From an uncultured Prevotellaceae bacterium (lineage in GTDB: Bacteria; Bacteroidota; Bacteroidia; Bacteroidales; Muribaculaceae), in contig CAMJJG010000005.1 in the NCBI GenBank assembly GCA_946406035.1, positions 16,900-80,899 on the forward strand: DNA of 64,000 nt, written 5' to 3'. Below are positions 30,092-40,687 of this stretch, piece after piece (the stretch's first letter is position 1; every line of letters starts with the position of its first letter). The translations under genes and the position numbers were made by a program. The notes beneath the pieces were generated by a model, which was given only the letters and a program-made list of their open reading frames with translations, made no database searches and was not told the origin of the DNA.

Positions 30092-31639
30092 TTAAAAGTT
30101 AGTGCCCATGTAGCTCGGCCGGTCGAGGTTGCGGTAGGCGATGGCTTCCATGATGTGGTGGTCGAGGACGTCGGCGGTGCCTTCGAGGTCGGCGATGGTG
30201 CGGGCGACTTTGAGGATGCGGTCGTAGGCCCTCGCGCTCATGTTCATGCGTTCCATGGCGTCTTTCAACTTTTCGAGGCCGGCTGCGTTGGGCTCGGCGT
30301 ATTTGTGCAGCAGGGACGGGGTCATCTGGGCGTTGCAGTGGATGCCGGGTTCGTCCTTGAAGCGGCGCTCCTGCAGCATCCTGGCGGCGATGACGCGCTG
30401 GCGGATGGCAGCGCTGGGTTCGCCTGGGGCCTTGCTTGACATCTGCTCGAAATCAACAGGTTGGACCTCGATTTGCAGGTCGATGCGGTCGAGTAGCGGC
30501 CCCGAAATCTTACTCATGTAGTGCGTGCGCTGGTACTCGTTGCAGACGCACTTCTTCTTGGGGTGCCCATAGTACCCGCACGGGCACGGATTCATCGACG
30601 CCACCAGCATGAACGACGCGGGGTATTCGGTACTATATTTAGCCCTCGAAATCGAGATAATCCTGTCCTCCAACGGCTGCCGCATCACCTCCAGGACACT
30701 GCGATTGAACTCCGGCAGCTCATCCAGGAATAAAATGCCGTTGTGGGCTAGTGAAATCTCGCCGGGCATGGGGTAACTGCCGCCGCCAACCAGGGCAACA
30801 GGCGAAATCGTGTGGTGCGGGCTGCGAAATGGGCGCATCGTCATCAACGTCGTGCCACGAGGCAATTTCCCAGCCACGCTGTGAATCTTGGTGGTCTCGA
30901 GGGCTTCACCAAGGGTTAATGGCGGCATAATGGAGGGCAAGCGCTTGGCCATCATCGATTTGCCCGAGCCCGGGCTGCCCACCAGCAGGATGTTGTGCCC
31001 ACCGGCACAGGCTACCTCAAAGGCGCGCTTGACGTTCTCCTGCCCCTTGACGTCGGCAAAGTCATAGGGGAACACTCCCTGAGCCTTGGCAAACTCGGCC
31101 CGGGTATCAACCACGGTTGGTTCCAGCTCAATATCCCCATTGAGGAAATCAACGACTTGAGACAAATTGTCAACCGCCAGAACATCCAGGTTATTGACCA
31201 CAGCCGCTTCGAGCGCATTGTCTCGAGGCACGATGAAACCGTCGAGCTGCAGCTGGCGTGCCAGGATCGCCATGGGCAAGGCGCCCTTGATGGGACGCAG
31301 GCTACCGTCAAGCGACAATTCGCCCATGAGCATATAGCGGTCCAGACGCTCGGTTCTAATCACCTCGTCACCGGCAAGGATTCCCACTGCAAGGGGCAAA
31401 TCATAGGCCGATCCTTCTTTCTTGATATCGGCAGGGGACATATTAATCATCACCTTCTTGCCCGGGAAATGATAACCCGCCTGCTGAATCGCACAGCGCA
31501 CGCGCTCGGCACTCTCCTTGACTGCGGTGTCGGGCAAACCGATTACCATGAATCCAGAGCCCCAATCGACCGTTACCTCAATCTCAACCTTGATGGCATC
31601 GATACCCTGAACTGCTGCTCCTATCGTTCTTGTTAACAT
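30092..31639 (-). CDS. comM: YifB/ComM Mg-chelatase-like AAA+ ATPase
   Basis: GLPDTAVKES, YDLPLA, GSPGSGKS, PGEISLAHNGILFLDE, MNPCPCG and SARAYDRILKVARTIADL. Confidence 0.95.
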   Translation of the reverse strand: MLTRTIGAAVQGIDAIKVEIEVTVDWGSGFMVIGLPDTAVKESAERVRCAIQQAGYHFPGKKVMINMSPADIKKEGSAYDLPLAVGILAGDEVIRTERLDRYMLMGELSLDGSLRPIKGALPMAILARQLQLDGFIVPRDNALEAAVVNNLDVLAVDNLSQVVDFLNGDIELEPTVVDTRAEFAKAQGVFPYDFADVKGQENVKRAFEVACAGGHNILLVGSPGSGKSMMAKRLPSIMPPLTLGEALETTKIHSVAGKLPRGTTLMTMRPFRSPHHTISPVALVGGGSYPMPGEISLAHNGILFLDELPEFNRSVLEVMRQPLEDRIISISRAKYSTEYPASFMLVASMNPCPCGYYGHPKKKCVCNEYQRTHYMSKISGPLLDRIDLQIEVQPVDFEQMSSKAPGEPSAAIRQRVIAARMLQERRFKDEPGIHCNAQMTPSLLHKYAEPNAAGLEKLKDAMERMNMSARAYDRILKVARTIADLEGTADVLDHHIMEAIAYRNLDRPSYMGTNF

Positions 31640-31807
31640 GTCTCTATCCTTAAAATTTCAAGATTTCACTGCCTACAAAATTACACAGATTTTCGTGAAT
31701 GCTGAACTGGCGCTAGCAAAAAGTGAAAAATAGCGGGATTTTTGCGCTTATTGGCTATTTAATGGGATTTTCTACATAAATTTGCGACAGAAAAAAGATT
31801 TTTGACG

Positions 31808-33040
31808 ATGAACATTCAACTCACAGCTCCGACTAGGGCAAGGGCAACCATCGGCATGCCCTCCTCCAAGAGCATCACTAACCGAGCTTTGCTCATTGCC
31901 GCCCTGTCTGGCGACCAGTGCCAGGTGCTGCATCCCGCCCTGTGCGACGACAGCACCGCCATGGTCGAGGCGCTATCGGCCGGTAGCGGCGACATCAATG
32001 TGGGAGCTGCTGGGACAGCCATGCGATTCTTGACCGCTTATTTTGCCACCCGCCAGGGAGTCACCGTCACTCTCGATGGCAATGAGCGGATGCGCCAGCG
32101 CCCCATCGGCCCGCTCGTCGATGCCTTGCGAGCGCTGGGCGGGCGACTTGAGTATGCCGGCAATGAGGGCTTTCCTCCGTTGCGCATCACGGGCACCAGG
32201 ATGCATGGTGGTGACATCACCATGCCTGCTGGCGTGAGTTCACAATTCGCTTCGGCCATAATGATGATATTGCCCGTCCTGGGCGGCGGCGGCATTCTGC
32301 TCACGGGAGACATCGTGTCCCTACCCTATATCCACATGACGGCAGCGGTCATGCGTGACATGGGCGCCGATGTTGACATTACCGGCAGCCTTGTCACCGT
32401 CGGCAATGGCTACCAGGGCTCGGCCTATCTTGTCGAAGGCGACTGGAGCGCCGCGGCACCATGGTATGCCATTGCGGCCCTACTGCCACAATCAAGCCTC
32501 ACTCTCCAGGGACTCGTTGCCGACAGCATCCAGGGCGATGCCCACCTGATGCAGCTGGGCCGTCAGCTGGGGCTTGACACACGGTTTGACGCTTCGGGCG
32601 CTACGATCGACAGCAGCCATTTCATCGGTTGCTGTTGCTCGGCATTTGCCGACATGGCATCCACCCCCGACCTTGTCCCCTCGTGGGCCGTACTGTTGTG
32701 CCTGCTCGAGCGGTCATTCCGCATGACAGGCGTGGGCACACTCCGTCACAAGGAGAGCGACCGCATCGAGGCCCTGAGCAAGGAGCTGTTAAAACTGGGC
32801 TACGTCCTCAAGGTTGAGGGCCATGACACCATTTCGTGGTATGGCGAGAAAATCCCGGTCACAGCCCATCCTGTTATCGACACCCATGACGATCACCGCA
32901 TCGCTATGGCCTTTGCGCCTGCGGCAGTGAGGTTCCCTGGCTTGGTCATTAACGACGCCAACGTCGTGTCCAAGTCTTACCCCAGTTTTTGGCGTCATCT
33001 GCAAGAGGCCGGCTTCATGGTCGATAAATTGGCACAATAA
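31808..33040 (+). CDS. aroA: 3-phosphoshikimate 1-carboxyvinyltransferase (EPSP synthase)
   Basis: SKSITNRAL, AGTAMRF, SSQF, KESDRI, DHRIAM and KSYPSFW. Confidence 0.96.
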   Translation: MNIQLTAPTRARATIGMPSSKSITNRALLIAALSGDQCQVLHPALCDDSTAMVEALSAGSGDINVGAAGTAMRFLTAYFATRQGVTVTLDGNERMRQRPIGPLVDALRALGGRLEYAGNEGFPPLRITGTRMHGGDITMPAGVSSQFASAIMMILPVLGGGGILLTGDIVSLPYIHMTAAVMRDMGADVDITGSLVTVGNGYQGSAYLVEGDWSAAAPWYAIAALLPQSSLTLQGLVADSIQGDAHLMQLGRQLGLDTRFDASGATIDSSHFIGCCCSAFADMASTPDLVPSWAVLLCLLERSFRMTGVGTLRHKESDRIEALSKELLKLGYVLKVEGHDTISWYGEKIPVTAHPVIDTHDDHRIAMAFAPAAVRFPGLVINDANVVSKSYPSFWRHLQEAGFMVDKLAQ

Positions 33041-33061
33041 ATGCATAAACATCCCACAACA

Positions 33062-34528
33062 ATGACAACGAGACACCTGATTTTGATGATATTAACCACA
33101 TTGCTCTCAATAGAAGCCACTTCACGGTCGGCTCTTGACCGCATCGTCGTCATCAGCGACACCCACCTGCTCAGCCCCGCATTGATCACTCAGGGCGCTG
33201 CGATCGACCGTGCCGACACCAGCGACACCAAGATGGTGGCCATGAGCGACGATATCATGACTGCCATCACCGACAGCATCATTGGTTATCGGCCGGCGCT
33301 GGTCCTTATCACCGGCGATCTCACCCTGAATGGAGAGCGATTGAGCCACGAGCGCATGGCTCAACACCTGGCCCGCATGGCCCAACATGGCATCCGCGCG
33401 CTAGTCATACCAGGCAATCACGACTGCAACAACCCCTACGCCCGCCGGTTTGACGCCGACAAGATGACGCCAACAGCCACCGTCACACGCGAGGAGTTCG
33501 CTCAGATCTACAGCAACTATGGTTACGGTAAGGACTCACAACGCGACCCGGCCTCGCTGAGTTACTGCTGCGAACCCATTAAGGGCATTGTCGTCATTGG
33601 CATCGACAGCAACATGGACGAGAAGAACACGCTCACCAGTCGCGGTGCCAGCTCCGACACCTACTATAACGGGGGGCGCATCAAGCCCGAAACGCTACAG
33701 TGGGTCATCACTCAGGCCAAGCGGGCACGCAGCAAGGGCAAGCGCGTCATCGCCATGATGCACCACCATCTGGTGCCCCACTTCGACCGCGAGGAGGTCT
33801 TGCTGGCCAACTACATCGTCCAGGGGCATGACAGCATCGCCCGCCAACTCATGCAGGCCGGCATTCACACCATCTTTACCGGACACCTGCATGTGACCGA
33901 TGCTGCCACATTATATAATGATGACCACTCAGGCTCCATTACCGAAGTCGCAACCGGATCGGCAATCTGTTATCCGTTTGCGATGCGCGTTGCTACGCTT
34001 GACCGCAAGCGACGCGCATTGAATATCGACACGCGCTGGATCACGGCGACGCACGATTGTCCCACCCTGCGCCAGCAGGGCCGCCAACGCATCATCAACG
34101 CCACTCCCGGCATGGCAACCATGCTTACCGATAAAGCGTGGAACAAACTGGGAAGCCGCATGGGCCAGCTCAAACGCATGCTTGAGGTGGGCGGAGGCAA
34201 GACGAGCCTGCCCGAGACTCCGCAACAGGCGTCACAACTGGTGCTGCGACACTTGAGCGAGGTGCTATCGAGGGCCATGCTGGCCGTGGTCGAGGGCAAC
34301 GAGCACGAGGGCGACAACGCCGTCATCATCGAGCAGGGCAAGCAGGGCATTCACAACATGATTGCCGAAGTTGCCCCCGACCAGGCAGATGCCCTGTGGG
34401 AATTCTTCCTCGCCGACGTGTATCCCAAGATCGATCCCCTCATGCGCAGTGTTCTGGAGGACCGTAACGCAGTGGGGACCCCGCACCAATCCCGCACCAA
34501 CGACCTGCACCTCACCCTCACGCTATAA
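33062..34528 (+). CDS. Calcineurin-like metallophosphoesterase with signal peptide
   Basis: SDTH, TGDLT, PGNHD, MHHH and TGHLH motifs; hydrophobic N-terminus. Alternative start at 33041. Confidence 0.88.
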   Translation: MTTRHLILMILTTLLSIEATSRSALDRIVVISDTHLLSPALITQGAAIDRADTSDTKMVAMSDDIMTAITDSIIGYRPALVLITGDLTLNGERLSHERMAQHLARMAQHGIRALVIPGNHDCNNPYARRFDADKMTPTATVTREEFAQIYSNYGYGKDSQRDPASLSYCCEPIKGIVVIGIDSNMDEKNTLTSRGASSDTYYNGGRIKPETLQWVITQAKRARSKGKRVIAMMHHHLVPHFDREEVLLANYIVQGHDSIARQLMQAGIHTIFTGHLHVTDAATLYNDDHSGSITEVATGSAICYPFAMRVATLDRKRRALNIDTRWITATHDCPTLRQQGRQRIINATPGMATMLTDKAWNKLGSRMGQLKRMLEVGGGKTSLPETPQQASQLVLRHLSEVLSRAMLAVVEGNEHEGDNAVIIEQGKQGIHNMIAEVAPDQADALWEFFLADVYPKIDPLMRSVLEDRNAVGTPHQSRTNDLHLTLTL

Positions 34529-34555
34529 TAACGATAACCAAAGAATACAAGCACT

Positions 34556-35974
34556 ATGAATAGAGCCCAACCAAAACCTTCAATCAAGATTGCCATCATC
34601 AGTGACCTGCATGTGATGGCACCAGGATTACTGGTCAAGGACGGTGACGCCATCGAGGACTACCTGGCGCGTGACCGCAAGATGCTGCGCGAGAGCCCCG
34701 AGATACTGGATACGCTCATCGGCGAGATCCTGATTCTCAAGCCCAACCTTGTGCTGGTCACGGGCGACTTGACCAAGGATGGCGAGCGAGTGAGCCACGA
34801 GATGGTGGCATCAAGGCTGCAACAACTCGTGGACGCAGGCATTCAAGTGCTGGTAGTACCCGGGAACCACGACATCAACAACCCCGACGCCAGGGTGTAT
34901 GATGGCGCCACCGTCACCGCGGCAGCCACCATCACCCGCAGCGAGTTTGCCCACATCTACCGCAACATGGGCTATGACAACCTCTCGAGACGCGACAGCG
35001 ACACCCTGAGCTACTGCCGCGATGTGAACGACCAACTCACAATTCTGGCCATCGACGCCTGCATGGACAGGCTCAACACCTTCGTCTCGCGAGGCGATGC
35101 CCGTGACCACACCAAGGCCAGCGGCAACCTAGAACCCAGCAGCCAGCAGTGGATAGTGGAACAGGCCAGCAAGGCTACCGCCAGCGGCCACCGCGTCATC
35201 GCCATGATGCACCACCACCTGGTGCCCCATTTCCACATGGAGGACACACTTGCAGCACCCTACATGGTTGACAACGCCCGTCAGCTGTGCCAGCGCCTGA
35301 TCGAAGCCGGCGTGCACGTTATCTTCACGGGCCATTTGCACATCAGTGACATCAGCCAGACGAGCACCCGCCACGGCGACATGGTCGAGGTAGCCACCGC
35401 CGCTGCAGTGGGCTATCCGTGCCAGTGGCGCATTGCCACATGCAACAACTCCATCGGCAAGTTGCAACTGCGAACTGTCACATTGCACAGCCTGCCATCC
35501 GACGAGGAATTTAGCGACCATGCCCGCGAGGCATTCCAGAACTGCATCCCCACCATGACCCGAGGCGTGCTCACGCGTTACTGGCCGGAAATCAGCCAAG
35601 CCATAGCCAATTACCGCGCCCAGCACCCGTGGGTGATGCGCTACGTCAACATCCCTGACTCGCCCGACGCCATCGCCAACCTGCTGCTCACCCATTTGCA
35701 GGAGCCCGTCACTCGCGCCTACATCGCCTTTGCCGAGGGCAACGAGGGCGGCAGCGACAACAGCCAGCTTATCGAACAGCTCATCGACGGTGTTGACAAT
35801 GTCGTCGACAAAACCGTCAGGGGCATCCTCAAGCCGCTGGTCAAGGCCGCACTGCACCTGCGCATCTACGGAACGTTTAAACTCGTGTTGCGCAGTATCC
35901 TCGAGGATTTGAACGACATCGGGACCAAGCACGAGAGTGTGATCAACGACCACACGGCCATCATCAACTACTAG
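34556..35974 (+). CDS. Calcineurin-like metallophosphoesterase, paralogue without signal peptide
   Basis: SDLH, TGDLT, PGNHD, MHHH and TGHLH. Confidence 0.88.
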   Translation: MNRAQPKPSIKIAIISDLHVMAPGLLVKDGDAIEDYLARDRKMLRESPEILDTLIGEILILKPNLVLVTGDLTKDGERVSHEMVASRLQQLVDAGIQVLVVPGNHDINNPDARVYDGATVTAAATITRSEFAHIYRNMGYDNLSRRDSDTLSYCRDVNDQLTILAIDACMDRLNTFVSRGDARDHTKASGNLEPSSQQWIVEQASKATASGHRVIAMMHHHLVPHFHMEDTLAAPYMVDNARQLCQRLIEAGVHVIFTGHLHISDISQTSTRHGDMVEVATAAAVGYPCQWRIATCNNSIGKLQLRTVTLHSLPSDEEFSDHAREAFQNCIPTMTRGVLTRYWPEISQAIANYRAQHPWVMRYVNIPDSPDAIANLLLTHLQEPVTRAYIAFAEGNEGGSDNSQLIEQLIDGVDNVVDKTVRGILKPLVKAALHLRIYGTFKLVLRSILEDLNDIGTKHESVINDHTAIINY

Positions 35975-35990
35975 GCAACCTAGCCCGACA

Positions 35991-36093
35991 AACATAAGAA
36001 AGGCGGCTATGATTTTTCACAAAACCACAACCGCATCATTGTTTTTAGAGTATGAGAAAATTTACCTTATATCAAGAAAAATATTAAAATCCC
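35991..36093 (-). ncRNA. Candidate ~100-nt small RNA
   Basis: Minus-strand TATATTTG -7 element at 36098-36105, no convincing ORF, ends in hairpin 36003-36034 followed by CTTCTTATGTTT. Confidence 0.5.
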
Positions 36094-36469
36094 GCCGCAA
36101 ATATAGGTATTTTCTCACAAATACAAACATTTTTACTAAAAAATACTACCAATCAACATAATTTATTAACGATTCGTGACACTTTGAATCATAAACACAA
36201 GTATCAAACATCAAGTACAAGCATCACAGCCACGCCTACGTGGCAATAAAAAAATAGACAGCCTAACACCACCTGCAATCCCTTTTTAACCATAAAAAAT
36301 GAGCGGTTATACTTTACATTTGGTTGCATTTAATCAGATTTTTCTACTGAAATAAATAGTTTTGATATCATTTTGTCTATTTTATTGCCATTTTGTTTGG
36401 TTTGATTCATTTTACTTTTTATTTTTGCAACTATGTTATAATTAGCAACTTATCAAAAAACGTGATATT

Positions 36470-36688
36470 ATGAGTGCCCCCAAAATCGAACTGACTTCCC
36501 GAGAGAGAGAAGTACTTGAACTGCTGTCAACAGGGTATAACAGCAAGGAAATAGGAGAGAAAATCTTCATCTCCTCCAACACAGTAGAATACCACCGCAA
36601 GCAGTTACTGCGCAAGACCAACTCGCGCAACGTGGCTGAGTTAATCGGAAAAGCCTTCCGAACTGGTTTATTAAAAATCAACGACTAA
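36470..36688 (+). CDS. Stand-alone LuxR/GerE-type HTH regulator
   Basis: LTSREREVLELL...SKEIGEKIFISSNTVEYHRKQLLRK. Confidence 0.9.
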   Translation: MSAPKIELTSREREVLELLSTGYNSKEIGEKIFISSNTVEYHRKQLLRKTNSRNVAELIGKAFRTGLLKIND

Positions 36689-36708
36689 CATCTTTACCCT
36701 AAACGAAC

Positions 36709-36750
36709 AAAAGGCTATGCCCCATTCCAACGAGGCACAGCCTTTTTTTT
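36709..36750 (+). terminator. Intrinsic terminator
   Basis: AAAAGGCTATGCC...GGCACAGCCTTTTTTTT. Confidence 0.75.
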
Positions 36751-36860
36751 GGGGAGAGTGGCTTTAACCATGCTGTCTCTAGAAAACAGGCGCGCCCACG
36801 TCCACAAGTCTGTTGTGGCAATGGGCGCGCTTTACGTCACTACCTACCGGACGCGCGATA

Positions 36861-37358
36861 TCACTTCTTCTCCTTGAGCAAGTCGCGGATATCGGCCAGC
36901 AGTTCCTCCTGGGTGGGGCCTGCGGGAGCCTCGGGCTCTTCCTTCTTGGGCATGAGTTTGTTCATGAACTTGATCATCAAGAAGATGCACAGTGCGATGA
37001 TCAGGAAGTCGATGATGTTCTGAATGAAGGCACCATACTTCAAGACTGCACCAGTGGCCTCGGCAGCCACGCCAGCGTTAGCGGTAGCCGTGTTCACGGC
37101 AGCCGCAGCAGCATCAACAGCACCCTCGGCACCAACTACCGAAGCGGCCTCACCCACCATCTCGCTCACGGGAGGCAGATGATACTCCAGGCCAGACAGG
37201 TCGATACCGCCCGTCAGCAGGCCGATTGCGGGCATCAACACATCGTCAACAAGCGATGTAACGATCTTACCGAACGCACCACCGATGATTACACCGACGG
37301 CCATGTCCATCACGTTGCCCTTCATGGCAAACTCCTTAAATTCTTTTACAAAACCCAT
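36861..37358 (-). CDS. mscL: Large-conductance mechanosensitive channel
   Basis: [42 protein letters not shown] and LLADIRDLL. Confidence 0.96.
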   Translation of the reverse strand: MGFVKEFKEFAMKGNVMDMAVGVIIGGAFGKIVTSLVDDVLMPAIGLLTGGIDLSGLEYHLPPVSEMVGEAASVVGAEGAVDAAAAAVNTATANAGVAAEATGAVLKYGAFIQNIIDFLIIALCIFLMIKFMNKLMPKKEEPEAPAGPTQEELLADIRDLLKEKK

Positions 37359-37592
37359 AATTCTTCAGTTTTTAAAAATTAATATGATGTTATAAATCCG
37401 TTGCCAATCAAGCTTTTAAGTATTAAACAATCTTAATAAACCTCCAAAAGCGGCTTTTTGTCACTCGATATCAACATTTTTTGCTAACTTTGCGGCGCAA
37501 TGACGGTCGTACGAGTGCTAACGCCATTGCAAAGATAATAAAAAAACAAACAGAAACTTATATATCTGCATTATTTATTTAAAATTCATTAA

Positions 37593-38639
<1,047 letters not shown>

Positions 38640-38670
38640 TTCCACTGACCATTCACAACAACAAACGGTT

Positions 38671-38721
38671 AATCCCCGCGGCGCCCCACCCCCTTTCGTG
38701 AGCGCCACGGGGATTCCTTTT
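38671..38721 (+). terminator. Intrinsic terminator after gap
   Basis: AATCCCCGCGGCGC...GCGCCACGGGGATT followed by CCTTTT. Confidence 0.65.
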
Positions 38722-38921
38722 CCTTAATCCATTAATCCGATTTCTAGGACGAGCAGTCCCACTCGGGCTGCCACAATGCCCCCCCGGGCCACACCACGCC
38801 AATCCAACCATTTGCGGTAATTTTCATAAAAAACGATAAAAAATTTGGAATATAACGATGGAGTGATGTAACTTTGTAAGCAACGAATCATTTTTATTAA
38901 CCGATTAAACAAGACACGACA

Positions 38922-39035
38922 ATGAAGAAATGGAAATGCAATGTGTGCGGTTACATCCATGAGGGTGACACACCGCCCGAAGAGTGCCCGCTGTGCGGCG
39001 TTGGACCCGAAGATTTTGAGGAAGTGACCGAGTAA
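38922..39035 (+). CDS. Short rubredoxin-like protein (37 aa)
   Basis: Manual translation [37 protein letters not shown], with two CxxC motifs; TAACTTTG promoter element upstream. Confidence 0.88.
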   Translation: MKKWKCNVCGYIHEGDTPPEECPLCGVGPEDFEEVTE

Positions 39036-39123
39036 ACGACTCCCAATCCCCGTTTAATCAACTATCATCTGTTTAACTTTACAACAACAATTAATAACTA
39101 CAACAATCACACAATTTTAAATT

Positions 39124-39675
39124 ATGGCTAAAAAATGGATCTGCACCGTGTGCGGTTACGTGCACGAAGGTGACACACCCCCCGAGAAATGTCCGCAGTG
39201 TAAACAACCCGCCGAGAAGTTCAAAGAACTCAAGGAGAACGAGGAAGTAACCTATGCCGCCGAGCACACCCTGGGTGTTGCCAAGGGCGTTGACCCCGAG
39301 ATTCTCGCAGGACTCAAAGCACACTTCGAGGGCGAATGCTCTGAGGTGGGCATGTACCTGGCAATGTCACGCCAGGCCGACCGCGAGGGATATCCCGAGG
39401 TTGCTGAGGCCTTCAAGCGCTACGCCTTTGAGGAGGCTGAGCATGCCGCCAAGTTCGCCGAGTTGCTGGGTGAGGTCGTTTGGGACACCAAGACCAATCT
39501 CGAGAAGCGCATGGCTGCTGAGGCAGGTGCCTGTGAGGACAAGTTCCGCATTGCCAAGCTCGCCAAGGCCCAGAACCTCGACGCCATCCACGACACTGTT
39601 CACGAGATGGCACGCGACGAGGCTCGTCACGGCCAGGGCTTTACCGGCCTCTACAACCGCTATTTCAAGAAATAA
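39124..39675 (+). CDS. Reverse rubrerythrin / NADH peroxidase
   Basis: N-terminal CTVC...CPQC rubredoxin domain, then diiron helices EEAEHA and DEARHG. Confidence 0.93.
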   Translation: MAKKWICTVCGYVHEGDTPPEKCPQCKQPAEKFKELKENEEVTYAAEHTLGVAKGVDPEILAGLKAHFEGECSEVGMYLAMSRQADREGYPEVAEAFKRYAFEEAEHAAKFAELLGEVVWDTKTNLEKRMAAEAGACEDKFRIAKLAKAQNLDAIHDTVHEMARDEARHGQGFTGLYNRYFKK

Positions 39676-39697
39676 GCGTTACACACTACACCAAACC

Positions 39698-39730
39698 AGA
39701 GCACTGGGCAGCACGGCCCAGTGCTTTTTT
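39698..39730 (+). terminator. Intrinsic terminator
   Basis: AGCACTGGGC-loop-GCCCAGTGCT-TTTT. Confidence 0.8.
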
Positions 39731-39819
39731 GTCATAAATATGGCATTCCGCGCATTTTTTAAACACAACGTGCGGTTATTAACTGTTTTTTTGCTACTTT
39801 TGTCACAAGTAAGAAAGAC

Positions 39820-40629
39820 ATGGCACGCATCTCAGTCATCATCGGCATCTACAATTGCGCTCCCACGCTAGTCGAAGCGCTTGACTCTCTTTACGCACAG
39901 ACTTACCAGGATTTCAAAGTCATCCTGTGTGAGGACGGCTCCAGCGATAACACCTACCAGGTCGCAGCCGACTACGCCGCGCGCCACGACAACATCATCC
40001 TCATCAGGAACGAGCACAACATGGGCCTCAACCACACGTTAAACCGTTGCCTCGAGCTCGCCGACACCGAGTATGTCGCCCGCATGGACGGTGATGACAT
40101 CTCTCTGCCCGACCGCTTTGAGAAGGAAGTGCGTTTCCTTGACGAGCATCCCGAGTACGCATTCGTGAGCTGCCCCATGATCTACTTCGACGAGCAGGGT
40201 GAGTTCAGGCGTGGACGACAGCACAACGACCCCACCGGGCTCGACTTCCTGCATGGACGCACCTTCAGCCACGCCCCGGTGATGATGCGCCTCACGGCCT
40301 ACCGTGCCGTCGGCGGCTACACCGTGTCCGACTACCTCTTGCGCCTCGAGGACCAGCACCTGTGGCTCAAGCTATACCAGCAGGGCTACAAGGGATATTG
40401 CCTGGAAGAGCCGCTTTACATGATGCGCGACGACCGCAACGCGACGCGACGCCGCAACTTCAAGGCCCGCCGCAACGAGATCTACATGCGGTGCCTCATC
40501 TGCCGCTCCTTCCACTTGCCCTGGTGGCACTACCCCGAGAGTGTCATCGTCCCGATGCTCAAGTGGGCCATGCCCACCTGGTTGTATGACCGATTCCACC
40601 GCAAGCCCAACAAAACCAAGAACAAATAA
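39820..40629 (+). CDS. Glycosyltransferase family 2
   Basis: ISVIIGIYN, EDGSSDNT, ARMDGDD and ED motif. Confidence 0.92.
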   Translation: MARISVIIGIYNCAPTLVEALDSLYAQTYQDFKVILCEDGSSDNTYQVAADYAARHDNIILIRNEHNMGLNHTLNRCLELADTEYVARMDGDDISLPDRFEKEVRFLDEHPEYAFVSCPMIYFDEQGEFRRGRQHNDPTGLDFLHGRTFSHAPVMMRLTAYRAVGGYTVSDYLLRLEDQHLWLKLYQQGYKGYCLEEPLYMMRDDRNATRRRNFKARRNEIYMRCLICRSFHLPWWHYPESVIVPMLKWAMPTWLYDRFHRKPNKTKNK

Positions 40630-40687
40630 TAATAACAACATCATAATCCTATAACTCCTCATTGACACCTTTCTCCGCCACTGAAAA

